Source: Octopus sinensis | Lineage: Eukaryota | Direction of reading: 5' to 3' | Length of the DNA: 64,000 nt | NCBI RefSeq assembly: GCF_006345805.1 | Contig: NC_043002.1 | Coordinates: 92,318,001 to 92,382,000 of the forward strand | In this document: positions 26,585-38,725 of the stretch, in pieces | How the letters are laid out: every line of letters begins with the position of its first letter | How positions within the stretch are numbered: the stretch's first letter is position 1 | Notes under the pieces: generated by a model | The model's database searches: none | What the model was told of the DNA's origin: nothing | What the model saw: the letters and a program-made list of their open reading frames with translations, nothing else | Position numbers and translations under genes: made by a program

Positions 26585-27187
26585 CAATTTCCTTGCAATT
26601 ATAGAGTTACAACTTAAATTGTACAGCCACATGCAACTGAAAGGCAGCATATTAGAATTATATAGTCACCACTTATAATTATATAGTCACATCTGACAGT
26701 TGCATATATATCTTTATCCTGCACGGCCACATCTCACAGTTATGCATTTATGTATTACAATTATGCTGTCAAAACATGCAAATGTACAGCTACAACGTAT
26801 TCATACGCAATCACCTCACAAATCTTTTCTCTTATCTCTTACTTGTTTCTGTCTTTGGACTGCAGCCATACTGGGATACTGCCTTGAAGGGTTTTAATCG
26901 AACAAACCGACCACAATATCTATCTTTCCTTTTTTTTTATTCTATCGGATCTCCTACGCTGAACCATTAATTTACTGGGACGTAAACAAAGTAATACCAG
27001 TTCTCAAATAGCCAGTGGATGAGAAACACAAACACACACACACATCTTAATGGTCAGTTATAATGAAAACTATTTTATATTAATTTGAAGAGGTACTCTA
27101 TATTTTTGTTATGTACGAATTTATAATCGTTCAACAAGAATAGTACTAACAGTGGACTTCGAAGTTTCGACCAGCTAAGCCATCCTC

Positions 27188-27234
27188 GAAAGTCCAATGA
27201 TGACTCAGCTGGCCGAAACTGCGAAGTCACTCTC
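27188..27234 (+). ncRNA. Degenerate hammerhead motif within a fold-back (27125-27255)
   Basis: GAAAGT-CCAATGA-T-GAC-TCAGCTG-GCC-GAAAC-TGCGAA-GTC-ACTCTC. The inverted partial copy has the perfect palindrome ACTTCGAAGT followed by C. Confidence 0.45.
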
Positions 27235-27699
27235 AATACTATTCTTATGGAAGAAATCTATACATATATATATAATAATTATTTGAGGGAATATTATTCC
27301 TAACTTACAGGGAAAAATTCAATTTAGAAATACTAAATCAAATTTCACAAAATATAATATATATATATATATCTCTTATTATAATCTTATTATAAAAGGC
27401 AGATTTTATCTGCCTCCCTTTGTCTCTTATAGAAATCTACAATATAGGATTTCTTCAATTACAATTTACCTAGCATTTTTAAGAGTAGAATAAATCGGGT
27501 CGTGCCAGGTCCAGTTTTTAAAATTTCAACCCCAATTAAGCAAAATTTAGAGAAAACTCACATTCTGGTGTGTTAGTCAAGTGCTTTTCTTAGTGTGGGC
27601 TATAGCACACGCACACACCACACACACAAAAGGGAGCGATCTGCTTCACTGATGCTATCACCCTAATATCTCCTCCTGTCTCTTTGCAAGTGTGCAACG

Positions 27700-28378
27700 A
27701 TTAAAGTGAAAACAGTGAATCCGAGAGCTCCGACAGCGATAAAGAAAATGAATTGGCACCTGAAGAGTGAAAATTTAAAAACTTGTTTTTTTTTTCGGTG
27801 ATTTTTCTGAAGAACTGGACCAAGCCACAGACTTTCCCAGAAGAGTAAAGCCCTAGACTATTTCTTTTTACTTTGTCGAATGAGCCCATTTGAAATCATT
27901 ACGGCGGAAACGAACCGTTACGCTAAACGTAAACAAAGCGAAAGAAAGGACAGTTTGTTATTTCCCACAACCTTAAATGAAATTAAGGCCTATTTTGCCA
28001 TAAATGTTATTATGAGTATCAGGAAGTTACCCAGAATAACAAATTCTATCGTAAAATTTTGTTGTATACCCAATTGAATATTAGCTAATAACCCATTTTC
28101 TATAGTGATTTTTGAACAAAATTTTAATAATTTTTATATATTGTTGAATTTACCTGTATCTACCTGCAATTAGAGTCACTTTGTGACAAAAATTATAGTA
28201 TAGAATTGGTTGAGAAACATTTCATTAAATTATCTTCCAAAATTCATGTTAATATATTGATAAATAAAAAAGTTATAGTTGTTTAATGAAACCAGACTAA
28301 ATTTATGATTACGTTAGAAATTAATTGAAACACATAAGGGGTGTATTTTGGTCAGAAATATAGTAACGAAAGGGTTAA
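27700..28378 (+). mobile_element. piggyBac-type transposase N-terminal remnant plus 3' TIR
   Basis: ALDYFFLL...FEIITAETNRYAK...PTTLNEIKAYFAINVIMSIRKLPRI; the end is GTAACGAAAGGG-TTAA. Confidence 0.8.
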
Positions 28379-28484
28379 GAAAAACCAAAAAATATTTATT
28401 CTTTATAAATGTTGTGTTCAAAATAACATTTTCTTTTAAGAATGTGTATATAACAAAGTTATGTGTATATAACTACGTGGCATA

Positions 28485-28881
28485 TCTTTATATATAAAAG
28501 TGAAGTTGTGTGTCTGTCTCCTACGATTTAGATTCCTAACTACTCCCACATTTTGCGGTGCAGTTTAACCAAAAGCGGGTATCTTAAAGTCGTGAGTCAT
28601 ATCGAGCCCTTCTGGGTATTAGCGCGCGTCTACGATGAGTCTACGATTTAAAAAAAATTTACCATCATATTTTTCCATTTTAATGCATTTTTTCGCTATT
28701 ATATAAGGGAAGTAACTCTCTAAAAATATCTACGATGTGTCAACGATTTAAAAAAAAAATTTACCTTAATTTTTTTTCCATTTTTAATGCATTTTTTTGC
28801 TATTTTTTGGCTATAACTCTCAAAAATGCTTATATAGTTATTTCCTTTACAAACCCGAGCAACGCCGGGCGATACTGCTAG
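28485..28881 (+). mobile_element. Non-autonomous Helitron (same family as 22989)
   Basis: A|TC ... hairpin ... CTAG|T. Confidence 0.9.
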
Positions 28882-28885
28882 TATA

Positions 28886-29190
28886 TATATAAAAATTAGA
28901 AAAAAACACCTTCTATCAATTCAAAATCAACAATTAAATTACACCATCTAGAAAATTAGTTATGAGAGAAATATTAAAATTAAACTAACAATAATATACC
29001 GATGATTAAGTAGATTGCAAAATAATAATAAATACGTATAATATTATTATTATTTTGCAATTTACTTAAACATCGGTATATTATTGTTATTTTAATTTTA
29101 ATAGTTCTATTATATGTATTTTTCTAGATGGTGTAATTTAATTGTTCATTTTGAATTGATAAAAGGTGTTTTTTTTTTTCTAATTTATAT
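28886..29190. repeat. Diverged AT-rich palindrome with ~145-bp arms
   Basis: ATTAGAAAAAAACACC..ACACCATCTAGAAAA..ATACCGATG..TTGCAAAATAATAATA is mirrored about 29034-29040. Confidence 0.9.
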
Positions 29191-29197
29191 ACATACA

Positions 29198-29228
<31 letters not shown>

Positions 29229-29236
<8 letters not shown>

Positions 29237-29764
29237 ATATTTCGGAATGGTCATATTGCCAGTTTAGCCAATAAAAACACACGCACTATATATTTGGTGT
29301 TATTTTGCTTCAGTGTTATATATTTTTACATTAATCTTAATTCTTATTTTCGGCCAGAGTTCTTTCGTCACACTCCTGTGACCGCATCAGTGGTCCTTTG
29401 TTTTCTTCTTTCTTATTTGTGTCTCTCCTTACTAACCGTCAGCCATTTGTATTTCTATTGTATGTCTTCATTCACATGCTTATATCTCTATGTGCGTCTA
29501 TATTTATTTAGTGTGTGTATGTGGGGGGGTGCCTGTAATATTTTATCTTCTGTTTATATATGTTCATGTAATTTGTATTTTGTTTTTGTTTTTGTTGTTT
29601 TTTTTTATTCTTATTTTGTTCATGTGTTTACATCCACTTATTATTATCATTACATATGCTTGTAAGTTTGTATGTATGTACAACAACAATACTAGTAATA
29701 ATAATAATAATAAATCGAATCGTGTTTTAACTGGCAATATGACCATTCCGAAATATAACAATAT
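29229..29764 (-). mobile_element. ~535-bp hammerhead-bearing element with perfect 36-bp terminal inverted repeats
   Basis: TIR ATATTGTTATATTTCGGAATGGTCATATTGCCAGTT. Minus strand 29396-29353 reads GGACCA-CTGATGC-G-GTCAC-AGGAGT-GTGAC-GAAAG-AA-CTC-TGGCC. Confidence 0.7.
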
Positions 29765-29819
29765 CTGTTTCAACACACACGACTTCACATAAAAAATCTT
29801 GCACAACAAATATTTAAAC

Positions 29820-29839
<20 letters not shown>

Positions 29840-29860
<21 letters not shown>

Positions 29861-30015
29861 CGGGAAGCTTTATGAAAATAGACAAAAGACGAAGGCAGGT
29901 GGAAAACAAACAAACAATTGTATTAGTATGGCGCTCAGGAAATATAAATAAAACAAGTCTTTAACGTTTCGAGCCTACGCTCTTCAACAGAAAGATACAC
30001 AGAGAGAAAAAAAAC
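29840..30015 (-). mobile_element. Solo PLE terminal repeat with a hammerhead (29959-29994)
   Basis: TCTTT-CTGTTGA-A-GAGC-GTAG-GCTC-GAAAC-GTT-AAAGA; same family as 880-1330; ends in (TA)n. Confidence 0.8.
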
Positions 30016-31020
30016 ACATATATATATGAAGTATGTATGTATGTATGTATGTATGTATGTATGTATGTATGTATGTATATGTATAAATAAATATTTTATT
30101 TGTCTTTCTTCCCATCATTCATCTAGGTTCATTTTCATAATGGATTGTCTCCATAGTTTTTTCATAGTTAGTGAACCACTCTTGTTTTCCCACATTTTTA
30201 TGTATTTTTCTTCCTCCCGCTTTGGTGTCTTCTTCCCATAGATTTTGCAGTTTTTCTTGACATTGATAGTCACTCCGCTCAGCAATTTCAGCAAACATAA
30301 CTGCGTCAATATTTTTTACTTTCTAACGCGGTAAGCTGGCAGAGACGTTAGCACGCCTGGCGAAATGCTTTGTGGTATTTCGTCCGCCGCTGCGTTCTGA
30401 GATCAAATTCTGCCGAGGTCGACTTTGCCGTTCATCCTTTCGGAGTCGATAAATTAAGTACCAGTGACGCACTGGGGTCGATGTAATCGACTTAATCCCT
30501 TTGTCTATACTTGTTTGTCCCCTCTATGTTTAGCCCTTTGTGGGCAATAAAGAAATAAGAAACGTTAACACGCCGGGCGAAATGCTTATCGGTATTTCGT
30601 CTCGCCGAGGTCGACTTTGCCTTTCATCCTTTCGGGGTTGATAAATTAAGTACCAGTTGCGTACTGGGGTCGATCTAATCGACTGGCCCCCTCCCCCAAA
30701 ATTTCGGGCCTTGTGCCTAGAGTAGAAAAGAATATTTTTTTTACTTTCTCTTCGTGTCTTATTTTCCGTGATTGTAGAAGAACAATTTCTGTTTCTAGTC
30801 GCCATAAAAGTAATTTAGCACGTATTCTTGTCTCTTCCAGTGATTCACTTCTTATTTCTTTGATAAGAAGTTTTCTGGGCAGGACTGGGCTTTCTTTGCT
30901 TCGCCAGTTCTGGTAGGTGTGTGCTATATTGTGGTATCGAATGATTTTTCCAATATGCATGTTTCCGCTGATTAAGGAGTTTCTTCCAGAGATGTGGTTT
31001 CAAGGTGTTTTGTTGTTCTA

Positions 31021-32617
31021 TCAAGTCATCCTATAAGTTCCGTCCGATTTTATCTTGTTTAAGAAACTGAATGAAATTTAATAGTATTTTAGAATGTCTA
31101 ATGGAATTAAAAATTATTTTTATGCATTTGTGTACATTTAAACTAATTAAATATTATTTTACAGAATAATAGAATTAAAATTTCTTTGATTAAAACCATT
31201 TCTCACATGGAAGTATCCAAAGAGCATTTGAAGCATATGATGCTTTATGAGTACAAAAAAGGAAACTCTGCAGCCAAAGCGACTCGAAACATACACTCAG
31301 TTTATGGGAAAGAATGCTTGAATGAAAGAACTTGCAGAAGATAGTTTGAAAAATTCAGAAGTGGAGATTTCAGCCTTGGAGATGAAGATTGAAGTTGAGT
31401 TTGATGATAAGCTCCTTGAGGCACTACTTGAAAGAAATCCTGCATTATCAGTTGAAGAATTGGCAATAAAGCTTAGTTCAAACCATACAACTGTTCATCG
31501 TCATCTTCTATAATTTGGAAAGGTTCCTAAACTTGGAAAATGGGTGTCTCATGAATTGTCCGAAAGCAACCGCAAATCCCGAGTTGACATCTGCTCTTCT
31601 CTCCATTCTCTCCATTTCACCATTTTTGGATAGACTTGTGACTGGTGACGAAAAATGGAAATGTTGAACGTCGTAAACAGTGGCTTGGTAAAAGGGAAAA
31701 GGCTCAACCACAACCGAGAAGGGAACTTCATGAAAAAAAGGTTCTTTTCTCTATCTGGTGGATTGCAAAGAAATACTTCACTTTAAATTGTTACTACCTT
31801 TAAGACTCCGCCGGTTACGACGACGAGGGTCCCAGCTGATACGATCAACGGAACAGCTTGCTCGTGAAATTAACGTGCAAATGGCTGAGCATTCCACAGA
31901 CACGTGTAACCCTTACGTAGTTCTCGGGATAATCAGCGTGACACAGAGAGTGACAAGGCTGACCCTTTGAAATACAAGTACAACTCATTTTTGCCAGCTG
32001 AGTGGACTGGAGCAACGTGAAATAAAGTGTCTTGCTCAAGGACACAACGCGTCGCCGGGAATCGAACTCACAACCTTACGATCATGAGCCGAATGCCCTA
32101 ACCACTAAGCCACGCGCCCCCACTGTTACTACCTAATGCAACAATCAATGCTCAAGTCTACTGTCAGCAATTAGAGCGTTTGAACCAAGCTTTGAAGAAA
32201 GATAGACCCGCTTTAGTGAATCGAAATGGAATGATGTTTCATCAGGACAATGCGCGACCCCACACTGCAAAGGTCACGTCACAGAAGATCGAAGAGCTTG
32301 GTTGGGGAAAAAGTTTTCATTCATCTTATTCTCCCGACCTTGTTCCTTCAGACTACAATTTGTTTCGTAGTTTACAGAATCATTTGGGGGGCATAACTTT
32401 CGCAAGCCAGGAGGAAGTCGAAACTGACATTTCAGAGTTCTTCGCTTTGAAACCAAAAGAGTTTTACATTGATGGGATTAAAAAGCTTGAAAACAGGTCA
32501 AAGGAAATCATAGAAAATCAGGGAAAGTACATTGGTGATTAAATTTCAATTAAATATAACATTTGATCACTTGTTTTCTTTATTCAAAATTCGAACAGAA
32601 CTTATGGGATGACCTGA
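31021..32617 (+). mobile_element. Near-full-length inactive mariner with a nested SINE
   Basis: TIRs TCAAGTCATCCTATAAGTTC / GAACTTATGGGATGACCTGA with TA flanks. Translation MEVSKEHLKHMMLYEYKKGNSAA.., VTGDEKW, FHQDNARPH, YSPDLVPSDYNLF, with stops and frameshifts. Confidence 0.95.
31800..32123 (-). mobile_element. tRNA-derived SINE nested in the mariner, 11-bp TSD
   Basis: TGTTACTACCT on both sides; E-type head joined to the same body and tail as family C. Confidence 0.88.
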
Positions 32618-33194
32618 TACTTCCAGAGATGTGGTTTCAAGTGAGTTTGTTCTTGCTACTTTCTTTTTGTTCGTCTCTGTTGTTAGAGCACCTTCTGTAT
32701 GGCTATCATTCACAGTTTTATCTGCATTGATGAAGATTTATCCAGTCTTGAAATAAGTAAATTTAACTTAGATATTTCTTTGAGAAGTTCTTCTGTATTT
32801 TTGGTGTTTCTCGGCTGCGGGTTTGATTGTGTTCCATTCATTCTGGCGTCTTGTACAGCCAAGAAGATATGTATAGAATGTTAGGTGTGATGTACAAAAT
32901 TTGAATATTGAGAAAAAAAATCGTCAGAATAATTGGAGAAAATATTTTTATTTCTTCATTATTATTTGCGCTTTCGTTCCTTTTCCCGAACTTGTCAAAT
33001 AAAATTTTGTAAATGCACAAACAGCTTGTTCATTTATATAAAACAGAAGTTTGGAGAGGGTTGTTTGGAAGAGAACATTGTTTTTTGTTTTTTTTAGTGA
33101 GGTTCCATGACAATGGAAATGGATAGATAGAAATATAGGTAGGTAGAAAGGCTGATAGATAGATAGACAGATAGATAGATAGACAGACAGATAG

Positions 33195-33292
<98 letters not shown>

Positions 33293-33318
33293 CATACATA
33301 CATACATACATACATACA

Positions 33319-33546
33319 TACATTGGCGAAACAAATAATTCCCTCTGCCAACGTGCAAGAATCCACAGGCAACACATCTGAGAAGAGGAATTACGCAAGA
33401 TTGTATTAAGTAAGCATCTTGAAATATGCAGCGACGGAAAATTCAAAATTTGTCCTATTTATAAATGTGCTCGGGACGATCCGCAATGCCGAAAAGAAAT
33501 GGAACTACATTTCATCAAAAAATTCTCTCCAAAATTAAATGGTTGA
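33319..33546 (+). mobile_element. PLE GIY-YIG endonuclease C-terminal fragment (second PLE family)
   Basis: [53 protein letters not shown]. Confidence 0.75.
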
Positions 33547-33810
33547 AAGAAAAGCGGAGACAGTACATTCTGTAAGTATTATACTAATGTTCTCTAATGC
33601 AAAAACATGGATTTGAGAGAGGCGTGATCGAAGTTACAAAGTATAAACATGGAATGTTCTCAAACACACACACACAGACAGACACACGCGCGCGCGCGCG
33701 AAAGCACACACACAATTTTCAAGTGATTCTTTCCACAACTGAATGCTTGAAGGTAAAGTGGGGAATTTGCATTTTTTTTCCAAATGTGGCTCATCTCTAC
33801 AAATGTTCAG

Positions 33811-33847
<37 letters not shown>

Positions 33848-34322
33848 ATATATAATATATAGCATTGGGATGCTCTTACTCTACGTATATATAATATATA
33901 TATCTTTTTATTTTATTTATTTATTTATTCAGTTATATATACATATATGAGTGTTTGTGTGTGTGCGCATGGATGTCAAATGACTGAACAAGTTAAAGAA
34001 TATATATTTATAACTCTTATTTCTAGCAAGTTGGACTTCGTGTACCCTCTATTATAATTGTAAACCTATTATAAAATTACACAGACCCCAGTGTTCAACT
34101 GGTACTTATTTTATCGACCTCTAAAGGATAGAAGATAAAGTCGACCTCGGTGGAATTTGAACTCAGAACGTAGCAACGGGCGAAATACCGCTAAGCAATC
34201 CGTTCAGCGCGCTAACGATTCTGCCAATTCACCGCCTTGATAGTTATAATAATAATATAATAATAATAATAATAATATAATAAAATAATAATAATAATAA
34301 TAATAATATAATAATAATAATG

Positions 34323-34373
<51 letters not shown>

Positions 34374-34404
34374 TCTATATGAATATTTATTTGAATATTT
34401 ACTC

Positions 34405-34438
<34 letters not shown>

Positions 34439-34575
34439 GGAGATGTACTTGCATAGCAAGTGATTCGATCCGAGATCGTGTGCTGAAACGAAAACAATTG
34501 CAGCATGGAAGGTGTTTGTAAGCCATTTAAGAAACACACAAAAGCCGTTCGATTCACTTCAACATTTAAGTTTAA

Positions 34576-34626
34576 TTTCTCAAAATATTTTCGTCGCTTT
34601 AAGACCGCGACCTGTTCACTGACAAA
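34576..34626 (-). ncRNA. Minimal hammerhead with swapped G3-C8 core pair
   Basis: TTTGTCA-GTGAACA-G-GTCGC-GGTCTTAAA-GCGAC-GAA-AATATT-T-TGAGAAA, inside a (TA)n-adjacent repeat at 34437-34635. Confidence 0.6.
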
Positions 34627-35334
34627 AATCCAGGCGAAGGCATGGTTGTGTGGGTTAATGTCTTCTACTCTAGCCTCAGGCCGACCTAAGCCTTGTGAGT
34701 GGATTTGGTAAACGGAAACTGAAAGATGCCTCTGTGTGTGTGTTTGCGTGTATGTATGCCTGTGTTTGCGTGTATGTATGCCTGTGTGTGCGTGTGTGTC
34801 TTCGCGTTTGTGTTTGTCCCGTACCACTGCTTGATAACCGGTGTTGATGTGTTTACCTCCGCGTAACTTATCGGTTCGGCAAAAAGAAACCGATAGAGTA
34901 AGCACCAGGCTTGAAACAAAAGGCACCGAGGTAGATTCATTTGACTAAATAAAACTCATCAAAGCGGTGCCCCAGCGCGGCCGCAGTCTGATGATGACTG
35001 AAACAGATATAAGATAAGAGATTAAAAAATATATATGTGTACATGTGTGTGTATGTGTATGTATTTGTGTGTGCGTGTGTGTGTGTGTGTGTGTGGTGTG
35101 TGTGTGTGCGTGTGTGTGTGTGTGTGTGTGTGCATGTTTGTGCGTGCACCTTTAAGAGTCTTGATATGACCTTCCATGTTTGTATAAAGCCTCTCGCCAT
35201 TGGCTTTCGTTGTCAGTTGTTTTTCTTTCACATTCCACGTTTTTTCTTCGTTCTTTGTAACCCTTAATGAAAAGTTCCTTATGTTTTGCATCTCTTCGAG
35301 CCCTTGAGGCTGATAACGAGAGGAGGATTATCGT

Positions 35335-35408
35335 AATTTTTGTTGTTGATGCTGCAGCAGTTGCAGTGTTGGTGGTGGTGGTAGTGGTAGTTGTAGTAGT
35401 AGTAGTTA

Positions 35409-35440
<32 letters not shown>

Positions 35441-35765
35441 ATAGTAGTAGTAGTAATAGTAATAGTAGTAATAGTAGTAGTAGTAATAGTAGTAGTAGTA
35501 ATAGTAGTAGTAGTAATAGTAGTAGTAGTGGTTGGTGGTGGTAGTAGTAGTAGTAGTGGTGGTGGCGGTGGCGGTAGTAGTAGTAGTAGTAGTAGTAGTA
35601 GTAATAGTAGTAGTAGTGGTGGTGGTGGTGGTGGTAGTAGCAGTAGTTGTAGTAGGATGAGGAGGAGGAGGAGGAGGAGGCGAAGGAGGATGATGACGAC
35701 GACGAAGAGAGGGAGGGGGAGGATGACCTGTTGAGTAGCACCAGCAGCAGTAGTAGCAGCAGCGG
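35335..35765. repeat. Compound (GTA)n/(GGT)n/(GAG)n microsatellite
   Basis: Direct sequence. Confidence 0.95.
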
Positions 35766-35837
35766 TATAGCAACGTTCTATTGATTCACAGAATTCTTGT
35801 TAATATCCAGCAATTATATAACTACCAGACTACTGAG

Positions 35838-35878
<41 letters not shown>

Positions 35879-36267
35879 GTTGCTACTACTATTATTATCT
35901 CTTCTACTGTTACTGCTTCTTACTTTTACATCAAATCGCCAACGATTTCTCTCAATTATACGCAAATTTACCGAATCTGATGTCCAATTTGGCAGCAATT
36001 TAATACTTTTATCTGTGGAACACATCTTGGGTGGGCATTAGAGGGTGAAAATGATGATGCAATGGATTTCTGGGTATCGGATGTCGGCTGAAGAAGATAA
36101 TACAGTGGATTTGTCGGTAACAGGTTGTTGAGGAGGAAAATGAAGTAATGGATTCCTTAGAAAATACTGAAACCTGAAGAAAATACAGAAAATACATTCG
36201 TTTCCTTGCTTGCTTGTTTGATATTTTTTTCTTTTTTTCTACGAAATTTTAATATTTAATTTTATCA

Positions 36268-36990
36268 AGGCGGCAAGTTGGCAGAATCGTTAGCACGCCG
36301 GGCGGTCGCTATGTTCTGAGTTCAAATTCCGCTGAGATCGACTTTGCCTTTCATCCTTTGGGAGTCGATTGAATAAGTACCAGTTACGCACTGGGATCGA
36401 TGTCATCGACTTAATCCTTTCTGCCAAAATTTGAGGCCTTGTGCTTCCAACAGACAGAATCGTTAGCACGCCGGGCGGTCGCTATGCTCTGAGTTCAAAT
36501 TTCGCCGAGGTCGACTTTGCCTTTCATCCTTTGGAGTCGATTAAATAAGTACCAGTTACGCACTGGGATCGATGTAATCGACTTAATCCTTTCCTCCAAA
36601 ATTTGAGGCCTTGTGCTTCCAGTAGACAGAATCGTTAGCACGCCGGGCGGTCGCTATGCTCTGAGTTCAAATTCCGCCGAGGTCGACTTTGCCTTTCATC
36701 CTTTGGAGTCGATTAAATAAGTACCAGTTACGCATTGGGGTCGATGTAATCGACTTAATCTTTCCCCAAAAAATTCGAGGCCTTGTGTTTCCAGTAGACA
36801 TAATTGTTAGCACTCCAGGCGAAATGTTTAGCGGCATTTCGTCTGTCTTTACATTGTGGATTCAAATTTCGTCGACGTCAACTCTGCCTTTCATCCTTTC
36901 ATGGTCGATAAAATAAGTACCAGTTGAGCACTGAGGTCGATATAATTGACTTACCCTCTGACACTAAATTACTGGCCTTGTGCAAAAATT
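36268..36990 (+). repeat. Tandem array of four SINE A units (~172-bp period)
   Basis: Units start at 36282, 36455, 36627 and 36799; the first three share the same internal deletion (GGGCG^GTCGCTATG). Confidence 0.9.
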
Positions 36991-37029
36991 TGAAGTCGAT
37001 ATTAATTTTTTATTAAGTCATCTTTTTAC

Positions 37030-37290
37030 CATGACAGTTTTTGACCAAAAATGGCAGGACCTCGTTTACCCATCCTCCCTATTCAGGCTTGCTCCCAGCA
37101 ACATTTTTTGGTTCCCCCCAATGAAAAAAGGCCCTTAAACGAAAACGTTTTGCTGATGTGGAAGAGAAGAACGACGGAGTTGTTAAAAGCATCACTTCTA
37201 GGAATGCTTCGAACAGTGGAAAACGCGTCTGAACAGAATGCATTGCTTCAAATGGAAAATACTTTGAAGGCGATAAAAGTGTAAACTTAT
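37030..37290 (+). mobile_element. Mariner transposase C-terminal remnant
   Basis: FLTKNGRTSFTHPPYS..KKALKRKRFADVEE..CIASNGKYFEGDK. Confidence 0.8.
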
Positions 37291-38223
37291 AAAACTATAT
37301 GAATAAATAATCTTTTCTACTCAAGGTACAAGGCCCGAAATTTTGGGAGAGGTGGTCACTCGATTAGATCGACCTATTACGCAACTGGTACTTAATTTAT
37401 CGACCCTAAAAGGATGAAAGGCAAAGTCGACCTCGGCGGAGTTTGAACTCAGAACATAAAGACAAACGAAATACCGCTAAGCATTTCGCCCGGCATGCTG
37501 ACGTGGCACATACATGCTAGTCTCCTTTCTCTAAACCACAGGTGTTCTACAAAGATTAAGGCAAGTAAGTTAAGAGCCGAAACAGCTTCGCAATAGTGTC
37601 ATGAATGACGTTGTTGTCAGGAGACAAACAGCTATAACGGATGCGGTAAGCCTACTCCCCCAAACATTTTTCCCAATTTCGCCAACCCAGCACTCTGGAT
37701 TTATACATATAACCAAACCAAATGTTTGTGCGTTGTGCTGTGTATATGCGCTTGTTAGTGGAGGCGCAATGGTCCAGTGGTTAGGGCAGCGGACTCGCGG
37801 TCATAGGATCGCGGTTTCGATTCCCAGACCGGGCGTTGTGAGTGTTTATTGGGCGAAAACACCTAAAGCTCCATGAGGCTCCGGCAGGGGATGGTGGTGA
37901 TCCCTGCTGTACTCTTTCACCACAACTTTCTCTCACTCTTACTTCCTGTTTCTGTTGTACCTGTATTTCAAAGGGCCGGCCTTGTCACTCTCTGTGTCAC
38001 GCTGAATATCCCCGAGAACTACGTTAAGGGCACATATCGTCAGCCACTAAGGGACATGCTCAACTGGTTAAGGTCAAACAACTGACAAGCAAATCTGTGG
38101 TATTGAGCAGAATATTTGCTGTAGTCCATCTTTTATACCAAGACAAAACAATGTACATGATAACACTTCCAATCAGTTAAGATCAGAAGCCATGAGAGCC
38201 ACTGCCTGGTACTGCATCAGGGC

Positions 38224-38725
<502 letters not shown>

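Larger units (their letters stand above)
23420..26760. repeat. Old degenerate ~18-20-bp minisatellite (CAGTCAC-CTTACAATTATA-like) interrupted by TEs
   Basis: Recurrent CAGTCAC/TTACAATTATA motifs at 23420-23500, 24270-25080, 25860-26010 and 26590-26760. Confidence 0.65.
30100..32870 (-). pseudogene. Disrupted TE-like ORF fragment (family unassigned), split by a SINE cluster and a mariner
   Basis: Reads across the insertions as LKPHLWKKLLNQRKHAYW..IIRYHNIAHTYQNWRSKESPVLPRKLLIKEI..LETEIVLLQSRKIRHEEKVK|IDAVMFAEI..LWEEDTK. The SINE cluster 30325-30730 is flanked by an AATATTTTTT(TT)ACTTTCT duplication. Confidence 0.5.

Noticed and set aside
35267-36041. Poly-V/T/Y/L ORFs
   Set aside because: Compound trinucleotide microsatellites.
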